Shown here piece after piece: positions 1-8,541 of a stretch of 64,000 nucleotides of DNA. Every line of letters starts with the position of its first letter. Position 1 is the stretch's first letter. Position numbers and translations under genes: made by a program. The stretch comes from Nitrospirota bacterium (GTDB lineage: Bacteria; Nitrospirota; UBA9217): assembly GCA_963790205.1 (NCBI GenBank), contig CAWBNQ010000001.1:1131560-1195559 (forward strand), given 5' to 3'. The notes beneath the pieces were generated by a model, which searched no databases, was not told where the DNA came from, and saw nothing but the letters and a program-made list of their open reading frames with translations.

Positions 1-107
1 GAGTAGCTCCTGACCGGATGCTGGAAAAAACCTCGCCCCCAAAGGAGATTATGCCGGCTGCTCTTCCCTCCGCGTCCTCTGCGAGCCCTGTGGCACATAG
101 GTTTTTT

Positions 108-1382
108 ATGAACGACCTTCACGTCATATCCTGGAACGTTACCAGGCGGTGCAATCTCGAATGCGCCCACTGCTACCTTCCCGCGACCACCAGAAAAGAG
201 CGTCCCGGACTCTCATCCGCAGACGAACTCACCACGCAGGAGGCCTTTCAGCTTATCGACCGGATCGCATCCGTCAATCCCGAGGTCATGCTGATCCTTT
301 CCGGGGGCGAGCCCCTCCTGCGGGAGGACATTTTTGAGCTGTCGACGTATGCATCGGGCAAGGGAATGATGGTCGTTTTGGGGTCCAACGGCCTCCTTAT
401 CAATGAAGCCGCGGCCCGCATGATGAAACAGAGCGGGGTGTCCGGGATAAGCATCAGTCTCGATTCCGTCAACCCCGAAATTCACGATGCCGTTCGCTCG
501 CACACGGGCGCGTGGGAAAAGGCGGTTTCGGCAATCACGATCTGTAAAAAGGAAGGGCTGTCAGTCCAGATCAATACGGTCGTTACCGGAAAGAACCATG
601 ACGAGCTGCCGCAATTGATCGCCTATGCCCGCGACCTCGGGGCGAAGGTCTTCAGTCCTTTTTTCCTGGTCTGCACCGGCAGGGGAGAAGAGATGACGGA
701 CCTCTCTCCGCTGCAATATGAAAAAGTCCTGTCGTTGATCGCCGAAGCGCAGGAGAAGCGCGATGATATCATGATACGGACACGGTGCGCACCCACGGTA
801 AGACGGATCCTGCATCAGAAAAAACCCGGGTCGCGTCTTCTCACGATGGGCGCGGGCCGCTGTCTTGCGGGACGATCCTATTGCAGGATCACGCCCGAAG
901 GGGACGTTACCCCTTGCCCGTATTTGCCCCTTTCAACGGGGAATATCCGGGAGCAGGACTTCGGCGACATCTGGCAAAATTCCGCGGTCTTTAATTCCCT
1001 GAGAAACCCCTCGCTCAAGGGCAAATGCAAAAAATGCGCATACCGGCTTCTCTGCGGCGGCTGCAGGGCGAGGGCGTACGCCGCCGGTCATAACGATTAC
1101 CTGGGAGAAGATCCGTGGTGCGACTACCTGCCTCAAGGAGGAACTGTGATAAAATCGCCGACCTTTGAAACGAATGCGGAAGCAGCAGAGTCCGCGACAT
1201 CAACACCCCTCTGGACCGCAGAGGCGGAGGAGCGCCTGAAAAAGGTCCCCTCGTTCGTCCGAAATATGGTGCGAGGCGCCGTCGTGCGCTATGCGGTCGA
1301 ACATAAATGCCGGGAAATCACCCCGCAATTGATGGATGAAGTCCGGAAAAAGTCAGGAATGGGAGGAATGCATGGACATTGA
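108..1382 (+). CDS. Radical SAM/SPASM protein of the NirJ/AhbC/AhbD heme-biosynthesis-like group with a C-terminal PCP_red-like helical domain
   Basis: CNLECAHC radical SAM motif and SGGEPLLR; SPASM Cys cluster (CLAGRSYC..PCPY..CKKC..CGGCRARA..DPWC); C-terminal WTAEAEERLKKVPSFVR segment. The start is probably ATG 108 (the ORF is open from 18). Confidence 0.8.
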   Translation: MNDLHVISWNVTRRCNLECAHCYLPATTRKERPGLSSADELTTQEAFQLIDRIASVNPEVMLILSGGEPLLREDIFELSTYASGKGMMVVLGSNGLLINEAAARMMKQSGVSGISISLDSVNPEIHDAVRSHTGAWEKAVSAITICKKEGLSVQINTVVTGKNHDELPQLIAYARDLGAKVFSPFFLVCTGRGEEMTDLSPLQYEKVLSLIAEAQEKRDDIMIRTRCAPTVRRILHQKKPGSRLLTMGAGRCLAGRSYCRITPEGDVTPCPYLPLSTGNIREQDFGDIWQNSAVFNSLRNPSLKGKCKKCAYRLLCGGCRARAYAAGHNDYLGEDPWCDYLPQGGTVIKSPTFETNAEAAESATSTPLWTAEAEERLKKVPSFVRNMVRGAVVRYAVEHKCREITPQLMDEVRKKSGMGGMHGH

Positions 1383-1653
1383 CGGTCTCTTAACAGAACA
1401 GGAAAAAACGTTTTTCCACCGAGTGGCAAAGCGGAAAATGCTTTTCCTGGCGTCAAGCATTGCGACGGTCGTCGTTGCCGCATCAATCCTTGTATATCAC
1501 GGCCTGGTCGCTCACGACATGAACGACCTCCGGTTCGCCATCATAATCATCCTCCTGCTCTCCGGCCGCGCATATATGAGGCTTTATAAGAGCGCCGTGA
1601 TCTTCAGCAAGCTGAAACCCGGGCCGGTCACAGAACAGTCGAAACACGTTTGA
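1372..1653 (+). CDS. Small two-TM membrane protein, hypothetical
   Basis: GGAGGA RBS before ATG 1372; overlaps the upstream stop; two hydrophobic stretches. Confidence 0.65.
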   Translation: MDIDGLLTEQEKTFFHRVAKRKMLFLASSIATVVVAASILVYHGLVAHDMNDLRFAIIIILLLSGRAYMRLYKSAVIFSKLKPGPVTEQSKHV

Positions 1654-1716
1654 TGCATTCCTGAAAAGCACGTTTGCCACGGAGACACACCCTGCTGTTG
1701 CCAAAACGCGGGTGCA

Positions 1717-1741
1717 GGCAGAGACACGGGGTCCCTCTACA
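1717..1741 (-). repeat. GTAG-type REP-like element (single copy)
   Basis: Minus strand reads TGTAGAGGGACCCCGTGTCTCTGCC, similar in layout to the REP pair at 58778-58835. Confidence 0.4.
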
Positions 1742-1797
1742 GATTCCCCGCGCTCTCTTCTCGCCGCCGCCCGCTGTAAAATTCTATCAGAGCAACA

Positions 1798-2247
1798 ATG
1801 ATGAGAAAGCCGATCATAGCCATAGTGGCAGTTTCGCTCGTCATCGCCGGCGTCTATTATCTTCACCGCGGTCCAAGCGCGGTGCCGGACGATAAGAAGG
1901 GAAAGATAGAAAAATTCATAAGAGCACTGGCTGCCGATACCTTGGAACAGGATTACCGAAGTCACGGCATCACTATTACTGTTCTGGTAACCAACGTAAC
2001 GATCGACCGTATAACAAAAAAAGAAACAGAGCAGGACAATGTGTATTTTGCCCAGGGGAAAATCTCTTATATCATAAAAGGGAAACGAACGTGGCGGGAC
2101 AAGGAGGGGAACCTTATACAGCTTGGACCCGAGCAGGAGATCACCCACTGGTACACCTGCGGCGTTCTTGAAGACAGGTATCTCGGCGCTCTCTTCAAAG
2201 ACGACAGAAATCGTCTCCAGTTTTACGCCGACAATCCCATGCAGTGA
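1798..2247 (+). CDS. Hypothetical exported or membrane-anchored protein
   Basis: 149-aa ORF with a basic N-terminus and a hydrophobic helix (RKPIIAIVAVSLVIAGVYYL). Confidence 0.65.
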   Translation: MMRKPIIAIVAVSLVIAGVYYLHRGPSAVPDDKKGKIEKFIRALAADTLEQDYRSHGITITVLVTNVTIDRITKKETEQDNVYFAQGKISYIIKGKRTWRDKEGNLIQLGPEQEITHWYTCGVLEDRYLGALFKDDRNRLQFYADNPMQ

Positions 2248-2265
2248 TATATTCTCCTCCATTCC

Positions 2266-2351
2266 GCAATCCGAAATCGCCAATCCGCAATCGAATAAAT
2301 CCCCATCGAATTGCTTGACAAAAACAGGCCGTATACTATAATCGATCAGAA
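2266..2351 (+). repeat. Direct repeat copy 1: heptamer micro-repeats plus sigma70 promoter (TTGACA 2315-2320, 16 nt, TATAAT 2337-2342)
   Basis: Near-identical to 4172-4256 (about 6 differences counted by eye). Confidence 0.85.
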
Positions 2352-2397
2352 CTACCCACGAAAGAAGAATTACTTTCCCCTGGATTTGAAAGTATTG

Positions 2398-2709
2398 ATG
2401 CTGGGAGAGCGAAAATTGCTGGTCCCGAATGCTGAAAAGGTGAACATCACAAGGGACACCCTCACCGTTGACTTGAGCGACGGAAGGACCATTTCCGTTC
2501 CGCTCGCATGGTTCCCTAGACTGCTCCATGCCACGAACCAGGAACGCAAGCATTGGAAGCTTATCGGCAAGGGGCAGGGCATCCACTGGGAGGACATCGA
2601 CGAGGACATCAGCGTCGGAGGACTGCTTACGGGAAGGCCGTCAGGGGAAACGCAAGAATCTTTCAAGAAGTGGCTGGAGCGGCGACAAACCAAGCGCAGG
2701 GCGCATTGA
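2398..2709 (+). CDS. DUF2442-family protein (putative antitoxin, usually paired with DUF4160)
   Basis: LTVDLSDGRTISVPLAWFPRLLHAT..GQGIHWEDIDEDISV signature; start uncertain. Confidence 0.8.
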   Translation: MLGERKLLVPNAEKVNITRDTLTVDLSDGRTISVPLAWFPRLLHATNQERKHWKLIGKGQGIHWEDIDEDISVGGLLTGRPSGETQESFKKWLERRQTKRRAH

Positions 2710-2733
2710 CGCAAGTCTGAGTCAGGTGAGACG

Positions 2734-3390
2734 ATGCTGCGATTTCAAAGACCGCCGGATGCTGTGTTTCAGGCTATACTGCGCGATAGCATGGATTTTT
2801 CAATCGACTTTATCCATATTCTGATTGAGAATAACGAATACGACGAGTCGCGCGCGAGAGAAGACATGAAGTCGGATTGCCCCGCGATGGCAAAAGTATT
2901 CACTCCGTCGCTTGCCCGGACCACGCTGCTGAAATTAAGAAAGTGTCTGGACAGGCCTGAAATATATTCTCTGAATAACTACCATTATCTCCTCCTCTTT
3001 GACGCAATTGCTTATTATGCCGACATACACAATGATATGATTCCAATGGCGGAAAGCAGGGGAGAGAGAAAAGAAGCGTCCTTTGTGGACCCATTTTACA
3101 TTGAAACAATTGACGTGGACGGCCTTCTTGGGTTGTATTTTTTTGACACGGATTTTTTAACCGACGCGGAAACGATGCTGAATGTTCCGGACTGGTTTAG
3201 AGCTTCATACAGCCCGGAAACGTTTGGTTTGTCTCTGGGAATGTTGCCGCATGACGAGGAATTGGAACTGAAAATCGATACGGATGAAGATGCGGGCTTG
3301 TATAAGGTGACTCCGTCCGATTACTTCGGCCCGAAATCAAAGGTATATCCTGATTTTGATTATTGCCATGACCAGCATCCTGAAAAATAA
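2734..3390 (+). CDS. Hypothetical acidic protein
   Basis: 218-aa ORF with an AGGTGA RBS-like sequence; no motif recognised. Confidence 0.65.
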   Translation: MLRFQRPPDAVFQAILRDSMDFSIDFIHILIENNEYDESRAREDMKSDCPAMAKVFTPSLARTTLLKLRKCLDRPEIYSLNNYHYLLLFDAIAYYADIHNDMIPMAESRGERKEASFVDPFYIETIDVDGLLGLYFFDTDFLTDAETMLNVPDWFRASYSPETFGLSLGMLPHDEELELKIDTDEDAGLYKVTPSDYFGPKSKVYPDFDYCHDQHPEK

Positions 3391-3449
3391 AGCTCATGCG
3401 GCGTTTGGCCCCTTTAGAATCCTTTGACGATAAAGACCGCGCGCCCTTC

Positions 3450-3478
3450 TTGACAATATCATTTAAATGATATAATAT
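3450..3478 (+). promoter_or_regulatory. TA operon promoter with a perfect 18-bp palindromic operator ATATCATTTAAATGATAT (3456-3473)
   Basis: TTGACA at 3450-3455 and TATAAT/TAATAT at 3471-3478; the palindrome lies between and over them. Confidence 0.7.
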
Positions 3479-3504
3479 TGCGAATGCGGTAACAAGGAGG
3501 CCCC

Positions 3505-3777
3505 ATGCCGGTGATAAAACCCATTTCCGACCTGCGCAACAAGGCGAACGAGATCTCGGACCTCGCCCACAAGCTGAATGAACCCATCTTTATAACCAAA
3601 AACGGCGAGGGCGACATGGTCGTTATGTCCATGGCGCGATACGCGCAGTTTCAGTTGAAGCTCGACCTTTTCAGCAAACTTGCCGTGGCCCAAAACCAGA
3701 TCGCCTCCGGCGACAAGGGGAGAACGCTCAAGCAGGTCATGACGGACCTCAGGAAAAGGCTTCATGAGCCCGCGTAA
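3505..3777 (+). CDS. Phd/YefM-family antitoxin
   Basis: IKPISDLRNKANEI..EPIFITKNGEGDMVVMS motif; AGGAGG RBS. Confidence 0.9.
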   Translation: MPVIKPISDLRNKANEISDLAHKLNEPIFITKNGEGDMVVMSMARYAQFQLKLDLFSKLAVAQNQIASGDKGRTLKQVMTDLRKRLHEPA

Positions 3778-4072
3778 GCTTGCGGTCAAGCTCCTCAGGA
3801 TCGCGGAAGACGATCTCGCCGAAATCATCACGTTTATTGCGGAGGATGACATAGTCGCCGCCGAAAAGCTTGCCGACAAAATTGAGACCCGGCTTGCACG
3901 GCTCGCGGACCATCCCGCTCTTGGCAGAATCCCGGCTGAAGAGGAGCTCGCCCGGCTTGGCTACCGCTATCTTGTCGTTGACAATTATCTTGTTTTCTAT
4001 ACCGTGAGCGCACAGACAGTCCTTATCCACCGGGTCATTCACGGCGCGAGAGACTACGTCAATCTGCTTTAG
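3764..4072 (+). CDS. RelE/ParE-family toxin
   Basis: AEDDLAEI..HPALGR..YRYLVVDNYLVFY..IHRVIHGARD; overlaps the antitoxin. Confidence 0.9.
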   Translation: MSPRKLAVKLLRIAEDDLAEIITFIAEDDIVAAEKLADKIETRLARLADHPALGRIPAEEELARLGYRYLVVDNYLVFYTVSAQTVLIHRVIHGARDYVNLL

Positions 4073-4171
4073 CGGGGCGCTGGAAATATTCCGCATTCCG
4101 CATGACAGTCGTCTTGCGTTTGAGCTTCCTGCACTCTGAACTCTGAACTTTGAACTGCAATTAGCCAATCT

Positions 4172-4256
4172 GCAATCCGAAATCGCCAATCCGCAATCGA
4201 ATAAATCCCATCGAATCTCTTGACAAAAGCAGGCCGTGTACTATAATCGACCAGAA
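4172..4256 (+). repeat. Direct repeat copy 2: heptamer micro-repeats plus sigma70 promoter (TTGACA 4220-4225, TATAAT 4242-4247)
   Basis: Near-identical to 2266-2351. Confidence 0.85.
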
Positions 4257-4276
4257 TTGCATTGGGAGGTAAGTTC

Positions 4277-4597
4277 ATGAAGATCGACATTACTCAGCTT
4301 GCCGAGGATGAACTCATTGATCTCCACCGCCGAATCACCGAACGCTTGCGTTTTCTGAGTCAAACACGGGCGCACCATAAGATGCTGGAATTCAAGGTGG
4401 GAGATCGGGTGAGCTTCAAACCGGACGACCGTCCTGCGCTTTGTGGCGTGCTGACCAAGTATAACAAAAAAACAGTCACGATCATTACCGACAACGGGGA
4501 GCACTGGAACGTCGCATCGGGGCTCCTGACGTTGGCGAAGGAAGTGAAAGCTTCGGAAAGTAAGCAGTCAAACGTCATTCAAATGCCCAAGCGGTAA
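4277..4597 (+). CDS. Small hypothetical protein with an N-terminal helix and an SH3/KOW-like beta region
   Basis: GGGAGG RBS; FKVGDRVSF..GVLTKYNKKTVTI..WNV pattern. Confidence 0.7.
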   Translation: MKIDITQLAEDELIDLHRRITERLRFLSQTRAHHKMLEFKVGDRVSFKPDDRPALCGVLTKYNKKTVTIITDNGEHWNVASGLLTLAKEVKASESKQSNVIQMPKR

Positions 4598-4706
4598 GGA
4601 GTGAGCGCAACGCGTGCAACAACGGGTTGCCCCGATATACTTTTCTGAAATACACAACAGTTCATACTGAAGCTTGTGAATTACCTTTGATCAGGCTACA
4701 ATTCTA

Positions 4707-7700
4707 ATGGGAATTAAATTGCATGAACTGTTAATTAACAAGGATTCATCAAGCGTAAAAGCATATCTGCAGGAATTGCCCTCGCACGAAAAGGGGGATG
4801 CATTCGAAAAACTCCTCGCCGAGCTTTACCGGGGCAATGGCTGGCTCGTTTCGGTCCAGGGCGGTCGGGGCGACGAAGGCGCGGACATTCTTCTCTATCA
4901 TCCCAAGTCTCCTCAGACCGTTTCCTTCATCGTTCAAGCCAAGAACCACGCAAAACCTCTCACCCTGGACCAGACTCGCATCGAGCTCATTAAATTTGAA
5001 CAACAGGCGGCACCCCGCTACAAGTGTCAGCAGTTCCGTATCGTCGCGATTAACGGTTTCGTTCAAGAGGCAGACAAACTGGGACAATTCAATATTCTGC
5101 TCGACTCCTGGAGCTATGTAGAATCTCTGCATAAACGTTACGACCCGGGCATGAACGCAGAGCCCAAAATTGAGTTGTACGCTCACAACCGCGCAACATA
5201 TGAGAATATCCAGGACCTTTGGCAGGATAATGATCATGTCGCAGTAATACAGGCCACCGGCACAGGCAAGAGCTTTCTGATCGCGCAGCCTTTGGCCGAC
5301 TTCCAGGGTAAACGCAAGATCGTCCTCGCCCCGTCTCATTTCATACTCGACCAGCAGAAATCCAAGGCGCCTTGGGCCAATGAAAAAACTACATACTGGA
5401 CCTATGCGGGCCTTGCGCAAAAGAGTGAAACTGCGGTTAAAGCCCTCAAGTGCGCCCTTATCGTGCTCGATGAGTTTCATCGGTGTGGTGCCGATGTGTG
5501 GGGCAAGAGTGTTCAGATGCTGCTCGATACTCATCCTGATGCAAAGGTCCTCGGTACAACAGCAACACCCATCCGCTACCTGGATGAGAACCGGAACATG
5601 GCTGAAGAGCTTTTCGACGGTGTGGTGGCAACAGAGCTTTCCCTTGCCGAAGCTATCGTCAAGCGTATCCTGCCAGCCCCGACGTACATTAGTGCCCTTT
5701 ATACAATGGAAGAGGAGGTTCGCAATCTTCTCACTGATATAGAGGCAAGCAAAAGACCTGAAGAAGAAAAGGTGGCGCTTAGGGCTGAGATACAAGCTCT
5801 CAAAGTCGATTGGGAAAAGACCTCGGGTATACCCGAGATACTAAAAAAACATCTGCCCTCTGGCATCAATAAACTGATAGTTTTTTGCAGAGACCAGCAG
5901 CATCTCGACGAGATGGAGATTGAGGTGCAGAAGTGGTTCCAGAAGGCCGGGGTGCACCATTTTAGGGAAAAGTATCGGGTCATTAGTGCAGACCCGGCGA
6001 GTAAGAAAAACCTGCAATGTTTCAAGGATGCTGACGACAAGGATACTGTACATCTACTCTTCGCCATCGATATGCTGAACGAGGGTTTGCATATACCTGA
6101 AGTCGGCGCAGTTATCCTCCTCAGGCCCACAGTGAGCCCTATAATATTCTACCAGCAGATCGGTAGATGCATCGAGGTAGGCAAGGACCACACGCCGATT
6201 ATTTTCGATTTGGTCAATAACTTCCAGAACCTCAGGGTGACGGATTTTCTTGTAGATCTTCAAATAGCAAAAGAGGAAGAGAAGCGGAAGCGGTCAGCAT
6301 TCGATTTGGAAGATTATGCTCCTGGAATCCACATAGAAGAACTTACCCGGCCGATCGAAGCGATATTCGAGTCTATTTACGAGCGCCTTAGCCCATGGGA
6401 GACGCAATTTGCCGCGCTGCTAACATTCAAGGAAAAGCACGGACACTGCAATGTTCCTCAGTCCTATGCCGATAATCCTGCTCTCGGTACATGGGTTAAT
6501 AATCAGCGTGCATTGAAGAAAAAGAATCGTTTGCCAAATGACCGCATACACCGATTAGAGACAATCGGCTTCGTCTGGGGTCCGCTTGCTGATACTTGGG
6601 AGCAGATGTTTGTGATGCTTCTCGCATTCAAGGAAAAGCACGGACACTGCAATGTCCCTCAGTCCTATACCGATAATCCTGCTCTGGGTCCGTGGGTTAA
6701 TACGCAACGTGCATATAAGAAAAATAATCGATTGCCAGAAGACCGCTTGCAACGGTTGGAGAAAACCGGCTTTATTTGGGATCTGCTCGATGACGCTTGG
6801 GAGCAAATGTTTTCTGAGCTCCACAAATTTAAGGAAAAACATGGGCACTGCAATGTTCCTCAGACGTATGATGATAATCCTGCTCTCGGGACATGGAGCA
6901 ACAATCAGCGTACATTGAAGAAAAAGAATCGATTGCCAGAAGGTCGTGTGCATCGTTTGGAGGAAATCGGCTTCATCTGGGGTCCGCGCGATGATGTTTG
7001 GGAGCAAATGTTTGCTGCACTTCGCGCATTTAAGCAAAAACTGGGACACTGCAATGTTCCGACGGTTTATAACGATAATCCCGTTCTCGGCAGATGGGTT
7101 GATATGCAGCGCCAGATGAAGAAAAAGAATCGATTGCCAGAAGAACGTGTTCAGCTGTTGGAAAAAATCGGCTTCATTTGGGATCCGTACGATGACGCTT
7201 GGGAACAAATGTTTGCGGCACTTCGCACTTTTAAGGAAGAACATGGACACTGCAAGGTTTCTAAGTCCTATGCCGAGAATCCTGCTCTTGGTACCTGGGT
7301 GGGTACGCAGCGTGTGCGAAAGAAACGACTGCCAGAAGACCGCGTACAGCGATTGGAGGAAATCGGCTTCATCTGGAATCCGTACGATGACGCATGGGAG
7401 CAAATGTTTGTTGCGCTTCGCACGTTTAAGCAAAAACAGGGACACTGCAATGTTCCTGCGGTTTATGACGATAATCCTGTTCTCGGTAGATGGGTTAATA
7501 CTCAGCGTTCGATGAAGAAAAAAAATCAACTGTCAGAAGACTACATGCGGAGACTGGAAGACATCGGCTTCATTTGGGATCTGCTAGATGACGCCTGGGA
7601 GCAGATGTTTGCTGCACTTAGCACGTTTAAAAAAAATAATCGACACTGTAATGTTCCGGCTTTGTATACCGACAATCCTGTTCTCGGTTCATGGGTTAAT

Positions 7701-7808
7701 AGGCAACGTTCGATGAAGAAAAAGAATCGATTGCCAGAAGACCGCGTTCAGCGACTGGAGGAAATAGGATTTGCTTGGACTCTGCGAGAAATAAGTAAGA
7801 AGACGTGA
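4707..7808 (+). CDS. Mrr-like restriction endonuclease + SF2 (ResIII/DExH) helicase + 7 helicase-associated (HA) repeats
   Basis: FEKLLAELY..GDEGADI..VQAK (Mrr_cat); ATGTGKS, DEFH, GTTAT, QQIGR helicase motifs; seven WEQMF..HGHCNVP..LG.W...QR..L...GFIW units. Confidence 0.9.
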   Translation: MGIKLHELLINKDSSSVKAYLQELPSHEKGDAFEKLLAELYRGNGWLVSVQGGRGDEGADILLYHPKSPQTVSFIVQAKNHAKPLTLDQTRIELIKFEQQAAPRYKCQQFRIVAINGFVQEADKLGQFNILLDSWSYVESLHKRYDPGMNAEPKIELYAHNRATYENIQDLWQDNDHVAVIQATGTGKSFLIAQPLADFQGKRKIVLAPSHFILDQQKSKAPWANEKTTYWTYAGLAQKSETAVKALKCALIVLDEFHRCGADVWGKSVQMLLDTHPDAKVLGTTATPIRYLDENRNMAEELFDGVVATELSLAEAIVKRILPAPTYISALYTMEEEVRNLLTDIEASKRPEEEKVALRAEIQALKVDWEKTSGIPEILKKHLPSGINKLIVFCRDQQHLDEMEIEVQKWFQKAGVHHFREKYRVISADPASKKNLQCFKDADDKDTVHLLFAIDMLNEGLHIPEVGAVILLRPTVSPIIFYQQIGRCIEVGKDHTPIIFDLVNNFQNLRVTDFLVDLQIAKEEEKRKRSAFDLEDYAPGIHIEELTRPIEAIFESIYERLSPWETQFAALLTFKEKHGHCNVPQSYADNPALGTWVNNQRALKKKNRLPNDRIHRLETIGFVWGPLADTWEQMFVMLLAFKEKHGHCNVPQSYTDNPALGPWVNTQRAYKKNNRLPEDRLQRLEKTGFIWDLLDDAWEQMFSELHKFKEKHGHCNVPQTYDDNPALGTWSNNQRTLKKKNRLPEGRVHRLEEIGFIWGPRDDVWEQMFAALRAFKQKLGHCNVPTVYNDNPVLGRWVDMQRQMKKKNRLPEERVQLLEKIGFIWDPYDDAWEQMFAALRTFKEEHGHCKVSKSYAENPALGTWVGTQRVRKKRLPEDRVQRLEEIGFIWNPYDDAWEQMFVALRTFKQKQGHCNVPAVYDDNPVLGRWVNTQRSMKKKNQLSEDYMRRLEDIGFIWDLLDDAWEQMFAALSTFKKNNRHCNVPALYTDNPVLGSWVNRQRSMKKKNRLPEDRVQRLEEIGFAWTLREISKKT
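6396..7778 (+). repeat. Seven intragenic tandem repeats of 201 bp (one of 195 bp) encoding HA domains
   Basis: Conserved Trp codons at 6396, 6597, 6798, 6999, 7200, 7395 and 7596. Confidence 0.95.
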
Positions 7809-7842
7809 CACGTTCGATAAAGGTTTACGTTTAAGTAAAATG

Positions 7843-7869
7843 AAAAAGCCGGGCATAGTGCCCGGCTTT
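7843..7869. terminator. Bidirectional intrinsic terminator
   Basis: AAAGCCGGGCA-tag-TGCCCGGCTTT with an A5 run on the left, between convergent units. Confidence 0.8.
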
Positions 7870-7881
7870 AAATTAGATGGT

Positions 7882-8145
7882 TCAATGTAGAAATTTCTTC
7901 TTAGACCATAGGAGAAAAATAATTGTTATCAACGATGCCAATATTTTGATGCTATAATCCTCATTTTCAAAAATCGTTAAAAAGGCAATATGTTCTGCTT
8001 TATAAATGTACAGAGCCAAGTTCAGGAGAAGAACTCCTATCATTGTTCTCCTGAGATCATCCGTCGAGGCAAATTCTATGCCCCAACCTTGGCCCCAATA
8101 AATCAAAATAACAAACAATTTGATCGATTGAGGCCGCCTTATCAT
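7882..8145 (-). CDS. Small hydrophobic membrane protein, hypothetical
   Basis: 87-aa ORF with 2-3 hydrophobic stretches; GAGG just upstream; ends before the terminator. Confidence 0.5.
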   Translation of the reverse strand: MIRRPQSIKLFVILIYWGQGWGIEFASTDDLRRTMIGVLLLNLALYIYKAEHIAFLTIFENEDYSIKILASLITIIFLLWSKKKFLH

Positions 8146-8148
8146 GGA

Positions 8149-8190
8149 TTAACCTCTTGCCCATGTAGGCGGCAGTAGTCTTTGAACCAT
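8149..8190 (-). CDS. Putative 13-aa micropeptide MVQRLLPPTWARG
   Basis: AGGGAGG Shine-Dalgarno 7 nt upstream of the ATG; stop is 3 nt before the next ATG. Confidence 0.45.
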   Translation of the reverse strand: MVQRLLPPTWARG

Positions 8191-8321
8191 TTTTGTGCCT
8201 CCCTAGTTTTTGAATTAAACTTAAGGAAGTATTGTCAGCGATTCCAAATGACCACTTATATGGTCAATGCATGTTCACCCCCTTTTCTGCGACAGAATAT
8301 ACTTCATTAAGAATTGCAACC

Positions 8322-8350
8322 ACTATAAAGCAGAATCGTCATCTTGTCAA
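8322..8350 (-). promoter_or_regulatory. Sigma70-type promoter TTGACA-17-TATAGT on the minus strand
   Basis: tgtcaa at 8345-8350 and actata at 8322-8327, 17-nt spacer. Confidence 0.65.
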
Positions 8351-8541
8351 TTTTTTAAGTTTATTTAAGCTTTAAGATAAAATGGCAATAGTTACATGAA
8401 GATATGATTGGTGTCATCTTTCATTTATCATAAGCTGGTCTGCTTTCCGTTGTTCCGAAAATCAAGTCCGACCTTGCTTTTTCAACGATTTTAAGGTACT
8501 GTCTTTTCACCGAAAACGATTCATTTATTAGAGAAAACACC

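Noticed and set aside
3391..3412. attC-like right-end fragment GCTCATGCGGCGTTTGGCC, and a left-end-like GTGCAACAACGGGTTGC near 4615
   Set aside because: Only half-sites; no complete paired structure could be built.
6396..7778. 201-bp tandem repeats as a CRISPR or non-coding array
   Set aside because: They are in-frame protein repeats with no repeat-spacer structure.
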